From: Mustelus asterias
Lineage: Eukaryota
Length of the DNA: 64,000 nt
Assembly (NCBI RefSeq): GCF_964213995.1
Contig: NW_027590170.1
Location: 186,001 to 250,000, forward strand
Direction: 5' to 3'
Positions 50,469 to 64,000 of this stretch are shown piece by piece. The notes under the pieces are model-generated. The model searched no databases, was not told where the DNA came from, and saw only the letters and a program-made list of their open reading frames with translations. Numbering within the stretch: position 1 is the stretch's first letter; the number at the start of each line of letters is the position of its first letter. The position numbers were made by a program, and so were the translations under genes.

Positions 50469-53400
50469 CATTATAATCGCTGCATTAACTAGGTATATAA
50501 ATGCTCCGGCTAGAATATCAGGTCAGCCTGCTTTGAGTAACCCACCTCCTGACTCCCCAAACCTGTGCACCACCTACACGACACAAGTCAGGAGAGTAAA
50601 AGGGTTCTCTCCACTTGCTTGAGTAAGTGCAGCTCAAACAAAATTCAAGAATCTTCATACCATTCAGGACAAAGCCGCCGGCTGGACTGGCACAGCATTT
50701 GCAAATGCTCAGTCCCTCCACCACAGAGAGCAGCATTATGTACCATCTACAAGTTTCACTTCCGAAACTCACCGAAACTCCTTACGCAACACCTTCCAAC
50801 CACACGACACCTACCATCTGGAAGGACAGGGGTAACAATTACCAGGGAATATCATCTATAAATTCCCCTCCAAGTCAGTCATATACCTGACTTGGAAATA
50901 TATCGTCCTTCCTTCACTATCGCTGGATCGAAATCCTAGAAGTCCCTCTGCAACAGCACAGTGTGGGTACCAGCACCACCGGTTCTGCAGCAATTCAAGA
51001 AGGTAGCTCACCACCAGCTCACTAAGGGCAATTAGGTATGGGCAACAAATGCTGACTGAGCCAGCAACGCACGTATCCATTAAATTAAAACTTAAACGAT
51101 TAATGTTTATGAATGGATGATAACTTATGAACAAAATTGTGTAACTTTGTGAATGGATGGCAATTGGTGAAAATAAATACCAACTTTCTGAACATTTATG
51201 ACCTTCTCTTTCTCTGCCAGAAGATAGGTTCCGTTCCACAGGAGACTCATAATTCAAAAGCATCACACTATCCGAAGACAAGGTCGACAGAAGAGGCGGC
51301 AACATCTGCAGCTGTATCTCAATCATAGCATCATGGGAAAGGCCTTTGATAGGATGACAATTTGGTTACTCATCTGCTTGAAGACCGGGATTAACCTGAA
51401 GCACAGTGTTGTGTTGGTGTTGGAAGATATACGTATCATAACCATACCTTCCTGAATCTAAATAAGACATTCGACACTAGCATCAGAGCAGAGACTACAA
51501 GATTTGGGGGAACTAGGCTCTCCAACAAAAATTCCTCGGTCTCATTCATGACACAGAAAACGACAATATACAACCACAACTAATAGCTTCATGGGCAACA
51601 CTTGCCGTTGATTCAACCTCTCAAAAATTGCCCATCGAGTCTGCACCGAATCTCTGACAGAGTATCTGAGCCAAACCCTTTCCCCTACCCATGCCCCATA
51701 GCCCCACACATTTACCATGACCAATCCACCTAATCTGAACATCTTTGGATACTAAGGGGCAATTTAGCATGGCCATTAGAATGTATTCCATATTTATTAA
51801 TTGAATTCAAATTCCATCAGCTGCAATGCTCCGATTTAAATCCCTATCCCCACATCATTGTCCTGGGCCTCTGGATCACTGGGCCAATTAAATTGATATT
51901 ACGTCACCATCTGCACAAACAAAAAATGAATGACTGTCTTGATGCAGGAATGAATGACAGTTGAATGAATGATAGTTGGACGAATGACAGTTGGATGCCT
52001 GAATATTTTGATTGAGGAATCAGTGAATGGATTGATAGATGCATTGTTAAATGGTACTGAAATATGTTGTTCTACATTCCCATATTTGTACTTCACTGGT
52101 CCATAAATTGAAACAGCTCCTTTATCCCATTTCTGTCAGTCTAATAACGTCAATACTTCCAGAGGTTCTGGGAGAAATACAACCCTAGTTTCTAGGGAGC
52201 GAGCAAGCTGATCCTCACGAAAAGAAGAGGGGATTTTCCTGCCGCACGGATGGTTCATTTCTCTGCTGATGCTGAATATTCATATCCAAGATCGAAAGAG
52301 AGAACATGATTTGGCTGAGGAGGGAGGATTGTAATATTTGAAACATGTGCAGCAAATCACTCACCATGCCCTCCCCCAAATTAGTGAAGGTAACAGGCTG
52401 TAAAATAAATAATGTGGCAACAGATATATTGTGAAACTCACTGGACAACTACAAGTGTTACATTATTTCCCAAAACGGTGTAATAATGGATCGGGATTTA
52501 AAGATTCAGTAAAATCATATTTGGTGCAGGTAGTTTAATTTGTATGATTACTTTGGAAATCATCACACCAGTTATGATTCAGGAGTTTAAAGCGCAGAGA
52601 CTGCTGGGTAGCTACTCATGATCCTCGGTCTGTATTCATTCAATTTCCAATTGAATTCTGGGACAGATTTTATCCTTGGTGACAAAAAGGTGTCAATAAA
52701 TGTTAATATCAATAAATTATTCAAAGCAAAGTTGTATAGAAGGAAATACTGGAAACAAACAGAAAATGCTGGAAAATCTCAGCAGGTCTGACAGCATCTG
52801 TGGAGACAGAATAGAGCCAACGTTTCGAGTCTGGATGACGCTTCGGCAGAGTATTCCTGATGCGTTGGAGAGATCATCATTGTTTCTAACAAGGTGTCAG
52901 AGAAGCTGCATAACTTTCCTGTGAAATGGGAATAGTTCAAATAGATACTGTTTAATTATATGCACGATTTCGAGCCACACACAAGTTGCATCAATTTACA
53001 TACCGATCCCGAAAATCATCAACTTCTCCATGCTAACTAACCTAATCAACATCTCAATCGCTAACTATATCCTAATCCCTTTCCAGCTCATCATTTCCCA
53101 ATGTCCTCACCCTCTTCAATTTCCCCCAAATAAAAAAAAAGGGTCATCCCGACTCGAAACTTTGACTCTATTAAATTATAGCTTAGACAGTCGCCCACCT
53201 TCCATCAAGTAATTTTAAATAGACTAACCTTTGTGAATGAATGAGAATTGGTGAATGCATTTATTAAATTGCGAATGGATGGTCATTGGTGAAAATAATT
53301 ACTATCTTTCTGAACATTTATGACATTCTCCTTATTTGCTGGAAGATTTAAGGTTTGTAGTTCATTTATTAATGTCACAAGTAGGCTTACATTAACACTG

Positions 53401-56400
53401 CAATGAAGTCACTGTAAAATCCCTGAGTCGCCACACTATACCGTCTGTTCGGGGACACTGAGGGAGAATTTAGCCTGGCCAGTGCACATTACCGGCATGC
53501 CTTTTCGGACTGTGCAGGAAACTGGACCACCCAGCAGAAATCCACGCATAAACGGGGAGAAAGTACAGACTCCGCACAGACACTGACCCAAGCCGGAACC
53601 AAACAAGTGGCCCTAGCACTGTGAGGCAACAGAGCTAAGCACTGTGCCACCATGGCACCCATCATTCCATAAGACAGGCATGATTCAAATTCATCACACT
53701 TTTTGCAAAGTAAACCGATGGAAGAGACTATTACAACTACAGACATATCTCAGTCATAACATCACGGGTAAGATCTTTGCTGGGGTCACACTTGAAATAC
53801 ATCATCTGCTTGCAGACCGGGTGTTCCTGATGTGCAGTGTAGTGACTGTGTTGGAACATTTACTCCAGCCAACAACTTCTCCATGTTCCATATGTGTCCA
53901 TATCTTTAACGTACTTCGGCCAATCTCGCGAAGACATTCAACACCGTCAGCAGGGCAAGGAATACAGGATTTTGGTGATAACTGGCTCTACACCAAAGCT
54001 CCGAATCTCCATTCATGATACAAAAACGATAACACACAATGACGAATGGTAGCTTAATGGGCAGCACTTGTGGCAGAACTAACTTTTCAAAAATTGGCCT
54101 CCTCAATCATTAGAAAAGGTGACATATGTAAAGGAAGCCAATCTGAATTGGATGTGTTTATTGTGTGTCCATCATGTAGTGTAAATGGAAGGATGCACGT
54201 GATCATTGTGGAATTAATTTGTATCAAACACGATGTATTTCACACAACACACACACACACCAAGATGCTCAATGTGGGTCCCGCACGGAGCACTCGATTC
54301 CAGAAATGATTTGGAAAGAGTCCAAATATAGATTTTAAAACATAAATTAAAAAGGTGAATAGAGAGTGCCTGCCCTTGACATCGACGCAGCGTCTGACCG
54401 TTTGTGGCATCAAGGAGCCCGAGCGAAACTGCAGTCAATGGGAATCAGGGGGAACAGAGTCCACTGCCTGAGTCATGCTGAGCACAAAGGAAGATGGTTG
54501 TTGATGGTCAATCATGCCAGTCACACGCATTGCTGCAGGAATTCTTCAGGTTAGTGACCTAGCCCCAAGCTTCAGCCTTCATCAAAGTTCAGAAGTGGGA
54601 TTTTCACAGGTGATTGCACAAAGTTCCGCACCAGTTGCGACTCCTCAGTTACTGACACAGTCTGTGCCCATATGCAGTAAGACTTAGAAAACATTCAGTC
54701 TTTGGATAATGAATGACAAGGAACATTCATGCACCACAAGTGGCAGGCAATGACAGTCTCCAATGAGGGAGATTCCAAACCACTCCCCATGACATTAAAT
54801 GGCATTACCCATCGCTGAATTCGCCCACTATCAACATCCTGGGAATTATAATTCGTGAAAATCTGAACGGAGACAGACGTTTAAATCATGTGGCCACAGG
54901 AGCAGGTCAGACGCTCGGAGTTCTGCAGTGAACAACGCACCTCCTGAATTCCCAACTCCTATCCATCATCTACAAGGCAAAAGGCTGGAGTGTGAACAAA
55001 TATCACAGAATAGTAAAGCACAGGAACAGGCCCTTCGGCCCACCAAGTCTGTGCCGACACAAATGATTGAATATTCTCTACTTGCCTGACTTGTGCCACT
55101 CAAAATCTCAATGCCATTCTAGACAAAGTAGCTGCCTCGAAGAACACCCCACCCACCAGCTTCCCAAAGCTTGCCACCACATTCTCAAAGGAATTCATGG
55201 TTTGACAACAAAAGCTGACTTTCCCAGTGACATTAAAATCACATGAAACGATTTTAAACATACCATATATCTGCCTATATTCAGCTAGCCTCTGCGTCTG
55301 TCTATGTTACAGTAGGCTGCGCCTGGATCCCATTCCAGGAGGTCATGTCTAAGCTTTTTCCTGCACTTGGCTCAATATCAGGTGTTCGTATATGAGACAC
55401 AGGCCCTGTTTATATTATAATTTCTAAGTTATGGCTGTACTGAGCCATGCTTCTGCTGATCCGACAGGAGGCCGTGTCTCGATTCTTGCTGCCTCAGAAC
55501 ATTTGCCACTGCATACTAAACTGGAGCAACTGCTTCATACATGACACATGTATCTGTCACAGTTATTATGCTAATAGTTCATTAGATTTTGATAAACTCG
55601 ATCCTGTTTGCGTCAATGCTGCACCAGTCCATGTATTTATTTATTTAAGACTATGTCACGTCTCAGCTATAATTGCATTTTGCAATACCTCCTACTTGCT
55701 GCATTGTCCGTATCTCTGTGTGTATCAGTCTAGGCCCTGTACCAGTAATTATTACAAATAAACTGGGCTCTGTCTCAGTTTACATCAGTCTAGGTGCTGT
55801 ATCAGTAATCATTACTAATACACTGGACTCTGTCTCAGTTTACATCTGTCACTGTCCTGTATCTATTAGTAATTATTACTAATGCACTTGACTCCGTCTC
55901 ACTCTAAAGAAATTTAGGTCCTGTGTCATTAATTACTGGGCTCTGTCTCAGTTTATATGCATAAGCTCCTATGTCCAGTAAAACTGCACTGGACACTGTC
56001 TCAGTTTTATATTCCTCGACATTGTCATATATATTTGTAATGTTTGTTTCATGGGATGTGGGTGTCACTGAAAAGATCAGCATTTGGCCTTTGACCATCC
56101 CCACATGGCACTCGGAAAGAAACCCATTTCTATTTTGGTGGATCAGGACCCAGTTTATGTTAAATTAGAGTCTGTCTCTGTTAATACACTGCTAGACTAG
56201 AAATCAGTTTATATTGCACTAGCCATACTCTCTGGTTCAGTAATATTTGATCCTGACCCTGTACATATTTCACTAGACTGTGTTAGTGTTATGCCTGCAC
56301 TTAATGTTGCCTCTATTTGAATGATGTCTGCATTTCTCCGCGGTTCTACGAGAAGAAGAGATATTATGTTGGATGAAAAACAGTGGTCTCTGGCAGGATT

Positions 56401-59400
56401 CTGAAACAGGCAGTATTGGATCGACAGTATTTGGTCGGTGCGGGCTTCCAGTGCCGAAGGGCCTGTTCCTCTGCAGTAATTTTCTTGTTCTTTGTTCTGT
56501 GTTGACAGTGCATGCTATACAGGTCTTAGTAACCATTTTCAATGCAGTCAGCAGCAGTAGATTTCAGATAACACTGCTTCTTTTCCTTGTTTAAGAGGAT
56601 GCAGAGAATTGTGTCCCCCTAAACACTTTCCTCATTACTGGCATTGTCCAGTGCAGTAAAAACTGAGACCATGTCCAATTCAATATAAACGTGGATAGGG
56701 TCAAGTGCAGAAATAAGACTCCATCTAGTTTAATACAGACAGACAGGTCTAAATTAATACAAACCGATACACCGTCTAGTTTGATATAAACTGAAACATG
56801 TTGATGCATAATATAAACAGGGACAAGGTCTAATTTAGTATAGTCAGAGAAAGCATCTCGTTTAATATGTGAAGAGATAGGGTCTCGTGCAGCATAAACC
56901 GAGGCATGACCTTATATAATAGAAGCTGACACAGGGTAAATTGACTGTCTAATAAAGAGACTGGTTCAATCTCCATGAAATTTGGAGAGACGGCCTACTG
57001 CCCCATCAAAAATTCACAGGAAAGGAGTAATATGGGGTTAACAGTAAAGTTCCCCCATGCATTGCCAAATTTAACACTCCCAAGTCAGGAATAGCATGAT
57101 TTAGATACAAAGTGAACCTCCCTCTCACTATCAAAATAAAACATCCCTGGAAAAGGGAGACTGTCTAGAAACAGAGTGAAACTCCCTCTACAAAGTCTGC
57201 TCAAATACAATGAAGGCATACAGACCAGGGATTCTCTTCTAGGTAAAACAACTTCTGCATTTTTCCTTCAGAGAATCGGGAGGCAAGTTTGAATTGGTGT
57301 TCGGTAGAAGGGGAAGATCCCTCGACACAGTCCCATAAAATACACCCAAGTCAGGTACAGCAGAGATTAGATACGGATTAAATCTCCCTTTACAAGTAAT
57401 ATCAAACATTCAAAGGGCAGGTACGTGAGTTTAGATGCAGGTTAAATATTCCTCTACACTGTCCAGTCAAACAGTCCAAGGGCAGGGATAAATACAGGGA
57501 AAATTTCTTTGGTACTGCCACATCGAATCCTTGTTACGGGGTACAACACAGATGAGATACAGAGGGAAATGTATAAAATATCCCAAGATAATAGAATGCT
57601 CAAGAGATCTTTTAGAGTAAATCTCCCTCATGGATTCCAATTCATTGCGTTGCATTCCTTACTACTCTGGCTGAGGGAATACATTGGGCAACATTGAATT
57701 CAGATTGTGGAGTGAAGACGATGAACTATCGTGAAGAGACAAGACTTAGAACCAGAAGGAGAAAGACAGAGAGAGAGATGAAACACAGGGAATTTCCATG
57801 AACACATTTGCCGTGTTATCACATTTCGGGATCAGAGGATTTTTTGCGAATTCTTAACATAGATATTGTCATGATATTATTTCTTCATATAATTGATGAA
57901 TAACTAATGTATAAAAACAATCATTTCTGGAATCCGTTGATCAATTTGCATGTTTGTCTCTATTTCTGTGCTGTGCTGGTGGGGAAATATTTGTTGTCTC
58001 TTTGTCAGTCAACAATCTAACCTGGGATTTCTATTTCTGTGTTTATTTACATAAGCACCTCACTGTTTACAATGAAAAGTTCATGGCAGCAAAAACAGAT
58101 AAACCGTCATTTATTCATTCATTTCAACTCAAAATAGCGGTTATTTTAAGAATATTAACAGTTGGTTCAAAATGAATAGAAACCTTTTTAACATACATTA
58201 CACCAGATGCTATTTAATTAAATGAATAAATACATTCTATTTAAGAATTTGTTCTGAAAATTCTGATGTCACAATAAATAAAGTATCTGTGAACAGGCTG
58301 GTATTCCATTGAATGTTAATTTGATTGATGATCTAAATTGCTTCAACTAGACAAGTTAAAACAAAGAGAACTGATGTGTGAAATATTCCTGTCATAATTC
58401 GTGATCAGACTCACACGAGGGAAGAATAAAAAATCCAGTGTGGTTATCACTAAGTGATACAAGTAGCATTGCAGCCTCACAGTGACAGGGAAGCGGGTTC
58501 GATTCCACCCTTGGGTGATTGTGTGTGGTTTTTCACATTCTACCATGTCCATGTGAGTTTCCTCCGGTGCTCCGGTTTCCTTCCACAGTCCAAGGGTGTA
58601 CGGGTTAGGTGGATTGGTACGATAAATTGCTCCTTTGAGTCCAAGGATGAGCAACGGAGAATCACAGAATCCCTACAGTGCAGAAGGAGACCATCGCTTT
58701 ATCAAGTCTGAACGAGCTGTCCAGCAGGGCATCATTCCCAGGCCCAAGGTGGAATGGCGATTCTAAATTGCCCCTTAGTGTGCAACGATGTGTAGGTTAG
58801 AGACATTAGCCTCTGAATATGTGAGGTTGTCGGGATAGGGTGAAGGCTGGGCCTGGATAGGATGCTCTGCTGGAGAGCAGCTGCAGACTTGATGGACCGA
58901 ATGGCCTCCCACTGCACTGCACTGGATTCGATGATTCTATGCTGCTATGATCAGCAGAGGAATGAATATATTCGCATTAATCTCTCAGCACTTCCAACGT
59001 ATTACAACTTTCATTTTGGTAGAGCTTACATTTATAGAACCCTTTACCCGACTTCATGTCGTCCCAAAGTTCTTAAAACTCACTGATGTACCTTTGCTGA
59101 ATTTAGTCACTGCTATCATGTTGCAAATACAAGAGGTAATGTACGTACAACAAACTCCCACAAACCGAGATGTGATAAATTGCCAGTAAATTTGTGATTT
59201 TGTTTGAAGAATCAGTATTAAGGTAGGATATTGGGGAGAACAGCCTTGCTCTTTCGAATATATCAATGAGATTTTGCATCCTGGCATCGATTTTAAATGT
59301 GAATCTGGTTCTCTATCTGCTGATGTACACTGACCTGCTGAGTAGCATTTGTGTTACTTTAGTTTTAGATTTCCAGAATCGGCAGCACTTGACACTGTTG

Positions 59401-59640
59401 TTATTGATCCTCTGGATGTGAGCATCACTGACAAAGCCAACATTTAGTTGTCCCTGCTGAGAAGGCGGGTGTGAACCACCTTGTTGAAACCTGCCCTCTG
59501 GATGATTTTATTATTTGTTTTTCCATAGCAGCTTTGATACAACTGACTGGCCTGCTCGGCAATTTCAGTAGTGGCTAAGAGTCATTTTCATCATAGTGGA
59601 ATTGGAGTCTATGCAGAACAGACAGGGTAAAGATAGGAAT

Positions 59641-60159
59641 CTTCGGTTTTCAGTTATTTCCAAAGAGACGACGTCGTTTGAAGTATAAAAGCAAATTACT
59701 ACGGATTCTGGAATTGAAACCAAAAGAGATATTGCTGGAAAATCTCAGCAGGCCTGGCAATATCTGGGAGGAGAGAAAATAGCTGACATTTGGAATCCAG
59801 ATGACCTTTTGACAAAGCTTTGACAAAAGGGTCATCTGGAATCGAAAAGTCAGCTCTTCTCTCTCCTTACAGATGCTGCCAGACTTGATGAGATTTTCCA
59901 GCATTTTCTCTTTACGTTGTTTGAAGTGTCTTTGGGCGGAGTAAATTGATTCTGAATCCTGGGGCGGAGGAATTGTAGGTTGACCCAAGACTATCGTGCT
60001 GAAGAAGACACTGTAAACACTGTTCAGGGACCTGTCGGACTCAGACCATCCAGTTTCTGCCAACATTGAATATGTTGGCTTTGCAGGTCAGTCTCAAAGA
60101 GTTTCAGGGGCGCCCACTTTCTGCCTCTCGCTGACTCAACACAACCTCCGATTCAACAC
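59641..60159 (-). pseudogene. IGHV: VH pseudogene 3 (near-complete, interrupted in FR3, RSS lost)
   Basis: VESEVVLSQREAESGRP*NSLRLTCKANIFNVGRNWMV*VRQVPEQCLQCLL...QFTPPKDTSNN [insert] VSLEI..LKTED. Acceptor AG>AA. The 3' end is replaced by SINE-like sequence. Confidence 0.92.
59685..59913. mobile_element. 229-bp palindromic (foldback) insertion with a 14-bp target-site duplication
   Basis: Hairpin centred on aaagcttt (~59814-59821). Flanks acgtcgtttgaagt (59671-59684) and acgttgtttgaagt (59914-59927). Confidence 0.85.
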
Positions 60160-63100
60160 TTGTAAAAATATCTAAAATCCTATGAAAATAAAACTCCACG
60201 CACTCCGGACATACTCTCTCACCTTATTACATCGGGAACAAGATACAAAAGTCTGAGGACACGTATAAACCGAATGAAATACAATTTATTTCCTGCTGCT
60301 ATCAGACGTTTGAATGGACCTCCGTCGCATTAAGTTCATTTTTCTCTACACAACAGCTATGACTGCAAAATTACATTATTCACTCTCTCCCTTCCTTCCC
60401 TATATACGTTATGCTCTGACTGTATAGTGCGCAAGAAACTATAATTTGCACTGTGTACTAATATATGCGATAATAATAAGTCAAATGAAATCAAATAAAA
60501 TATATCAAAAACACCAAGGACTATTCCCGGTGAATTGATTGCGGACAATGGAACATTCCAGAGACAGACTAACACCGAGGGAGTGACAGTGAAATCCAGT
60601 GTCATGTCTCTGCTCGTCCAAGAGGTGAAATTGCATTTGAGCATCTGTTAGAGAAAATAAACAATTTCATTGTAAATTAAGTGCCTTTATTTCTGCAGCT
60701 CTTCACAAGGGAATGGACATAAACAGATGCCATTACATTATCAGGGTAAAAACGTCAGTCTGATTTACAATAATTCTGTGTCTCTGACACATTAAAGCGA
60801 AATACAATTCATTAGAAGAATTAATATCGATTTATGTAAATTATTGCTGGGATGATTGTGTTTCAGGTGTGGATAGCTATCACTGTAATTTGGGACTGGA
60901 TATAAGAAGAAGGGAAGCAGTGGCCGAGCGTTATTATCGCTAGACAATTAATCCACAAACTCAACTAATGTTCTCAGGACCCGGCTTCGAATCCCGCCAT
61001 GGCAGATGGTGGAATTTAAATTCAGTAAAAACGTCCGGAATTAAGAATCTACTTATGACCATGATATCATTGTCGATTGTGTAAAAATCTATCTGGTTCA
61101 TTAATGTCCTTTCGAGCAGGAAATATGCCGTCCTTACCTCATCTAGCCTACATGTGATTGCAGAGCCACAGCAATGTGTTTAGCTCTCAACTGCCCTCGA
61201 CAATGGGTGGGCAATAAATGCTGATCAGCCAGCGGCACCCATGTCCATAGAATCCCTGCAGTGCAGAAGGAGCATGTCGGGCCCGCACCGACAACGCTCT
61301 TCCCCAGGCCCTATTCCCATCCCTGCTAATTCACTTGATTCGATGGGACAATTCATCATCGCCAAACAACCTAATTGGCATATCTTTGGACAATGGGAGG
61401 AAACAGGCAGACAATTGGAGAATGTGCAGACTACACACAGACAGTGACCCATTCCGGGAATTGAACCACGGTCCCTGATGCTGTGAAGCAGCAATGGTAA
61501 CCACTATGCCACCGTGCCGCCCACGAATAAATTAACAAAATAAACTCCTTATCTGATACAATGTTACACCTTATATTTCCCAAACAGCTCCTTAACCCTG
61601 TGAAAATTAACGGTGAAAGGAAACTTCTTGACTTACAATTAAGCATTGAGTTGACAGAGAAACATAAAATTGACATTGACTTTTGACAAAGAAACTAATG
61701 AATGAGAACGGACACGGCAATCAGGAAAGTTCTCCTTCAGCATCCAAGTCATGACAGTTCATTTTATTGGCGAGCAGCTGGTATTTGGAACACAGGACAT
61801 CAGGACTTTGCGGCATAATGCACAATATCACAAGAATAAATATTTTATCTTTCACTGAACCAGGTTATGAACTGGTCATTTCTTCACTCATTGGCAGTTA
61901 TGAGAGGGACTGTTAAATAATCGAAACCAGATTATGCTGGACAACAGAACACGTTGTATATCAGGTATAAGTTTTTAATGAGGAGCAGAACATTGAGAAT
62001 TTTCCAGAAATCCCCGCTGTTCAAGGTAGATATATGATTTTCTTTTACTTTTAATTATTTTCATTTTTGTGCCTTTACACTGACCTCTTTGGACTGAGGG
62101 ATTGGGGACATCAACATATTTTTCCTGCACTGCATGAAGTTGTTCATAAAGAGGCTTTAATTGTTGGAAGGACATTTCTTTGGAAGCTATACAAATGAAA
62201 TAGCAATTGGCTAGTTTCCGATACTTTTTAATCACATAATGAAAAGTGCATTCATTTAAAATATTTGCTTAGAAGAAAAACCATTTAAAATGTGCCTTCC
62301 TTTTGGGAATAAAACATTTATTGTATAACTGACGAAGTCCCATGTTATCCTTACAGATTCACGTTAATCTGTCCTACGCAGTATTTGGCAACTGTCCAGC
62401 CTGCTGCCAAATACCCAAAAATATTTACAGGAAGCATCTGAGGGTGTTTGTTCAGTAAATCAAAAACCTGCTTCCTCAGTACTGAACACTTGGCTGCAAG
62501 CCAACTTCAAACTCTCAGCATTGTCAATGGGGCCTATTTATAAACAAATCTACCCAGCAACAGTACTGGAGGCAATTTAATTATTTTTAAGTTGCAAACA
62601 TCTATGAATGTTTCCCATTTCTTCGGAAAAGAAAGTATTCAGCTTCTCCGGCACCTTGTTAGCAACAATGATGATCTCTCCAACACAACAAAACATTGCT
62701 GGATGGATATAAAAACAAATACCGGCAGATTATGAGATTGATTCAGAGAGGTGATATATTTTATACGAGATAAACATGTATGCTTGTGTTTTCTTTCACT
62801 TCATTCTTCCATGGGACGTGAGAATCTCTGGAAAGGCCAACATTTATTCCCTTTGCCTAATTTCTCTTGAACTGAGTGGTATGCTAGGGCATCTCAGAAG
62901 GCATTGCCCAGTTAGTTATATTGTGTCCGTCTGCAGTCACATCCTGATGAGACCAGGTAGGGATGGCAGATTTCCTTCACTGGGGAATCAGAGAGGATAA
63001 TCTGGTCGCTGTCAGTATGTATTCCAGATTTATTGATTGAATTCAAATTCCACCAGCTGCCAGAGCCGGATTTAATCTCGTGTCTCCACATCATTGGCCT

Positions 63101-63347
63101 GGGCTTCTGGATTACTGGTACACTGGCATTAATATTACGCCACCATCTACCCAACAATAAAGGAATACTTGCGTTAATGCAGGGATGAACGATAGTTGGA
63201 TGCCTGAATGTTTTGCTTGAGAGATCAGAGAGTGGACGGATGGATGGGACGCTAGCTGGTCCAAAAATTTGCTGTTCTACATTCGCATATTTGTGATTTA
63301 CTACTTCAAAAATCGAAGCAGGTCCTTTATTCCAAGTGTGTCAGTAT

Positions 63348-64000
63348 ATAAGACCATAAGTCCATAAGACATAAGAAATAGGAGCAGAATGAGGCCACTC
63401 GGTCCATCGAGTCTGCTCCCGCCATTCAATGATGGCTGATATTTTTCTCATCTATATTCTCTTGCCTTTTCCCCATAACCACTGATCCTCTTATTAATCA
63501 CGAACCCATCTATCTCTGAATTAAAAACACCCAATGACCTGGCCTCCAACCTTCTACGGCAAGAGATCCACAGATCCACCACACTCTGGCCGAAGAAATT
63601 CCTCCTCAGCTCTGTTTTAAACGATCGTCCCTTTAGTCTGAGGTTGTGCCCTCTGGTTCTAGTTGTTCCTACGAGTGGAAACATCCTCTCCACGCCCACT
63701 CTATCCAGGCCTCGCAGTATCCTGAAAGATTCAATAAGATCTCCCCTCATCTTTCAAAACTCCAACGAGTACAGATCCAGAGGACTCAACCGTTCCTCAT
63801 ACAGCAAGCTCTTCATTCCAGGAATCATTCTTGTGAAACTCCACTGGACCCTTTCCATGGCCAGCACATCCTTCCGAAGATATGGGGCCCAAAACTGCTC
63901 ACAATACTCCAATTGGGTCTGACCAGAGCCTTGTACAGCCTCAGAAGTATATCCCCTGCTCTTGCATTCTAGCCCTCTCGACATGAATGCTAACATTGCA
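63348..64000 (-). mobile_element. CR1 3' fragment running off the window
   Basis: QLEYCEQFWAPYLRKD and TRTRGHNLRLKG; (ataagac)n tail. Confidence 0.9.

Larger units (their letters stand above)
32470..64000. repeat. Tandem segmental duplication: three ~14-kb VH cassettes
   Basis: The non-TE anchor aaagttctccttcagcatcc occurs at ~33435, ~47140 and ~61726. Block 39790-44720 matches 53190-58210, and 34720-36200 matches 51770-53170. VH sequences are at 32.2, 45.4 and 59.6-60.2 kb. Confidence 0.9.

Noticed and set aside
58200-59640. D or RSS remnants downstream of pseudo-VH3
   Set aside because: Only SINE and other repeat fragments are visible, with no heptamer-spacer-nonamer pair.

Overview
Vertebrate genomic DNA, almost certainly from a cartilaginous fish (shark-type IgM VH, CR1 LINEs, HE1-like SINEs). 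The minus strand carries an unrearranged antigen-receptor locus that looks like an Ig/TCR hybrid. An intact IgM-type VH gene (leader 32596-32641, V exon 32167-32471, 23-RSS) lies 438 bp from a single 27-nt D (12-RSS/23-RSS). The D is followed by 11-12 TCR J segments with 12-RSS (4 clearly functional, 1 with Phe>Cys, the rest decayed) and an intact TCR-delta constant gene (exons 11017-11328, 8234-8296, 7603-7713, plus a likely untranslated exon at ~5935-6208). I recognised no conventional TCR V, IgH J or IgH C in the window. Upstream are two more ~14-kb tandem copies of the VH cassette, each with a VH pseudogene and no D-J-C of its own. The D looks like two short Ds joined end to end, which suggests the locus may have been made by germline RAG recombination between an IgM cluster and TCR-delta (inference). 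The rest is mostly CR1 LINEs (one with an intact 939-aa ORF2), SINEs, foldback elements and satellites. Gene-segment boundaries were read by hand; repeat boundaries are approximate.
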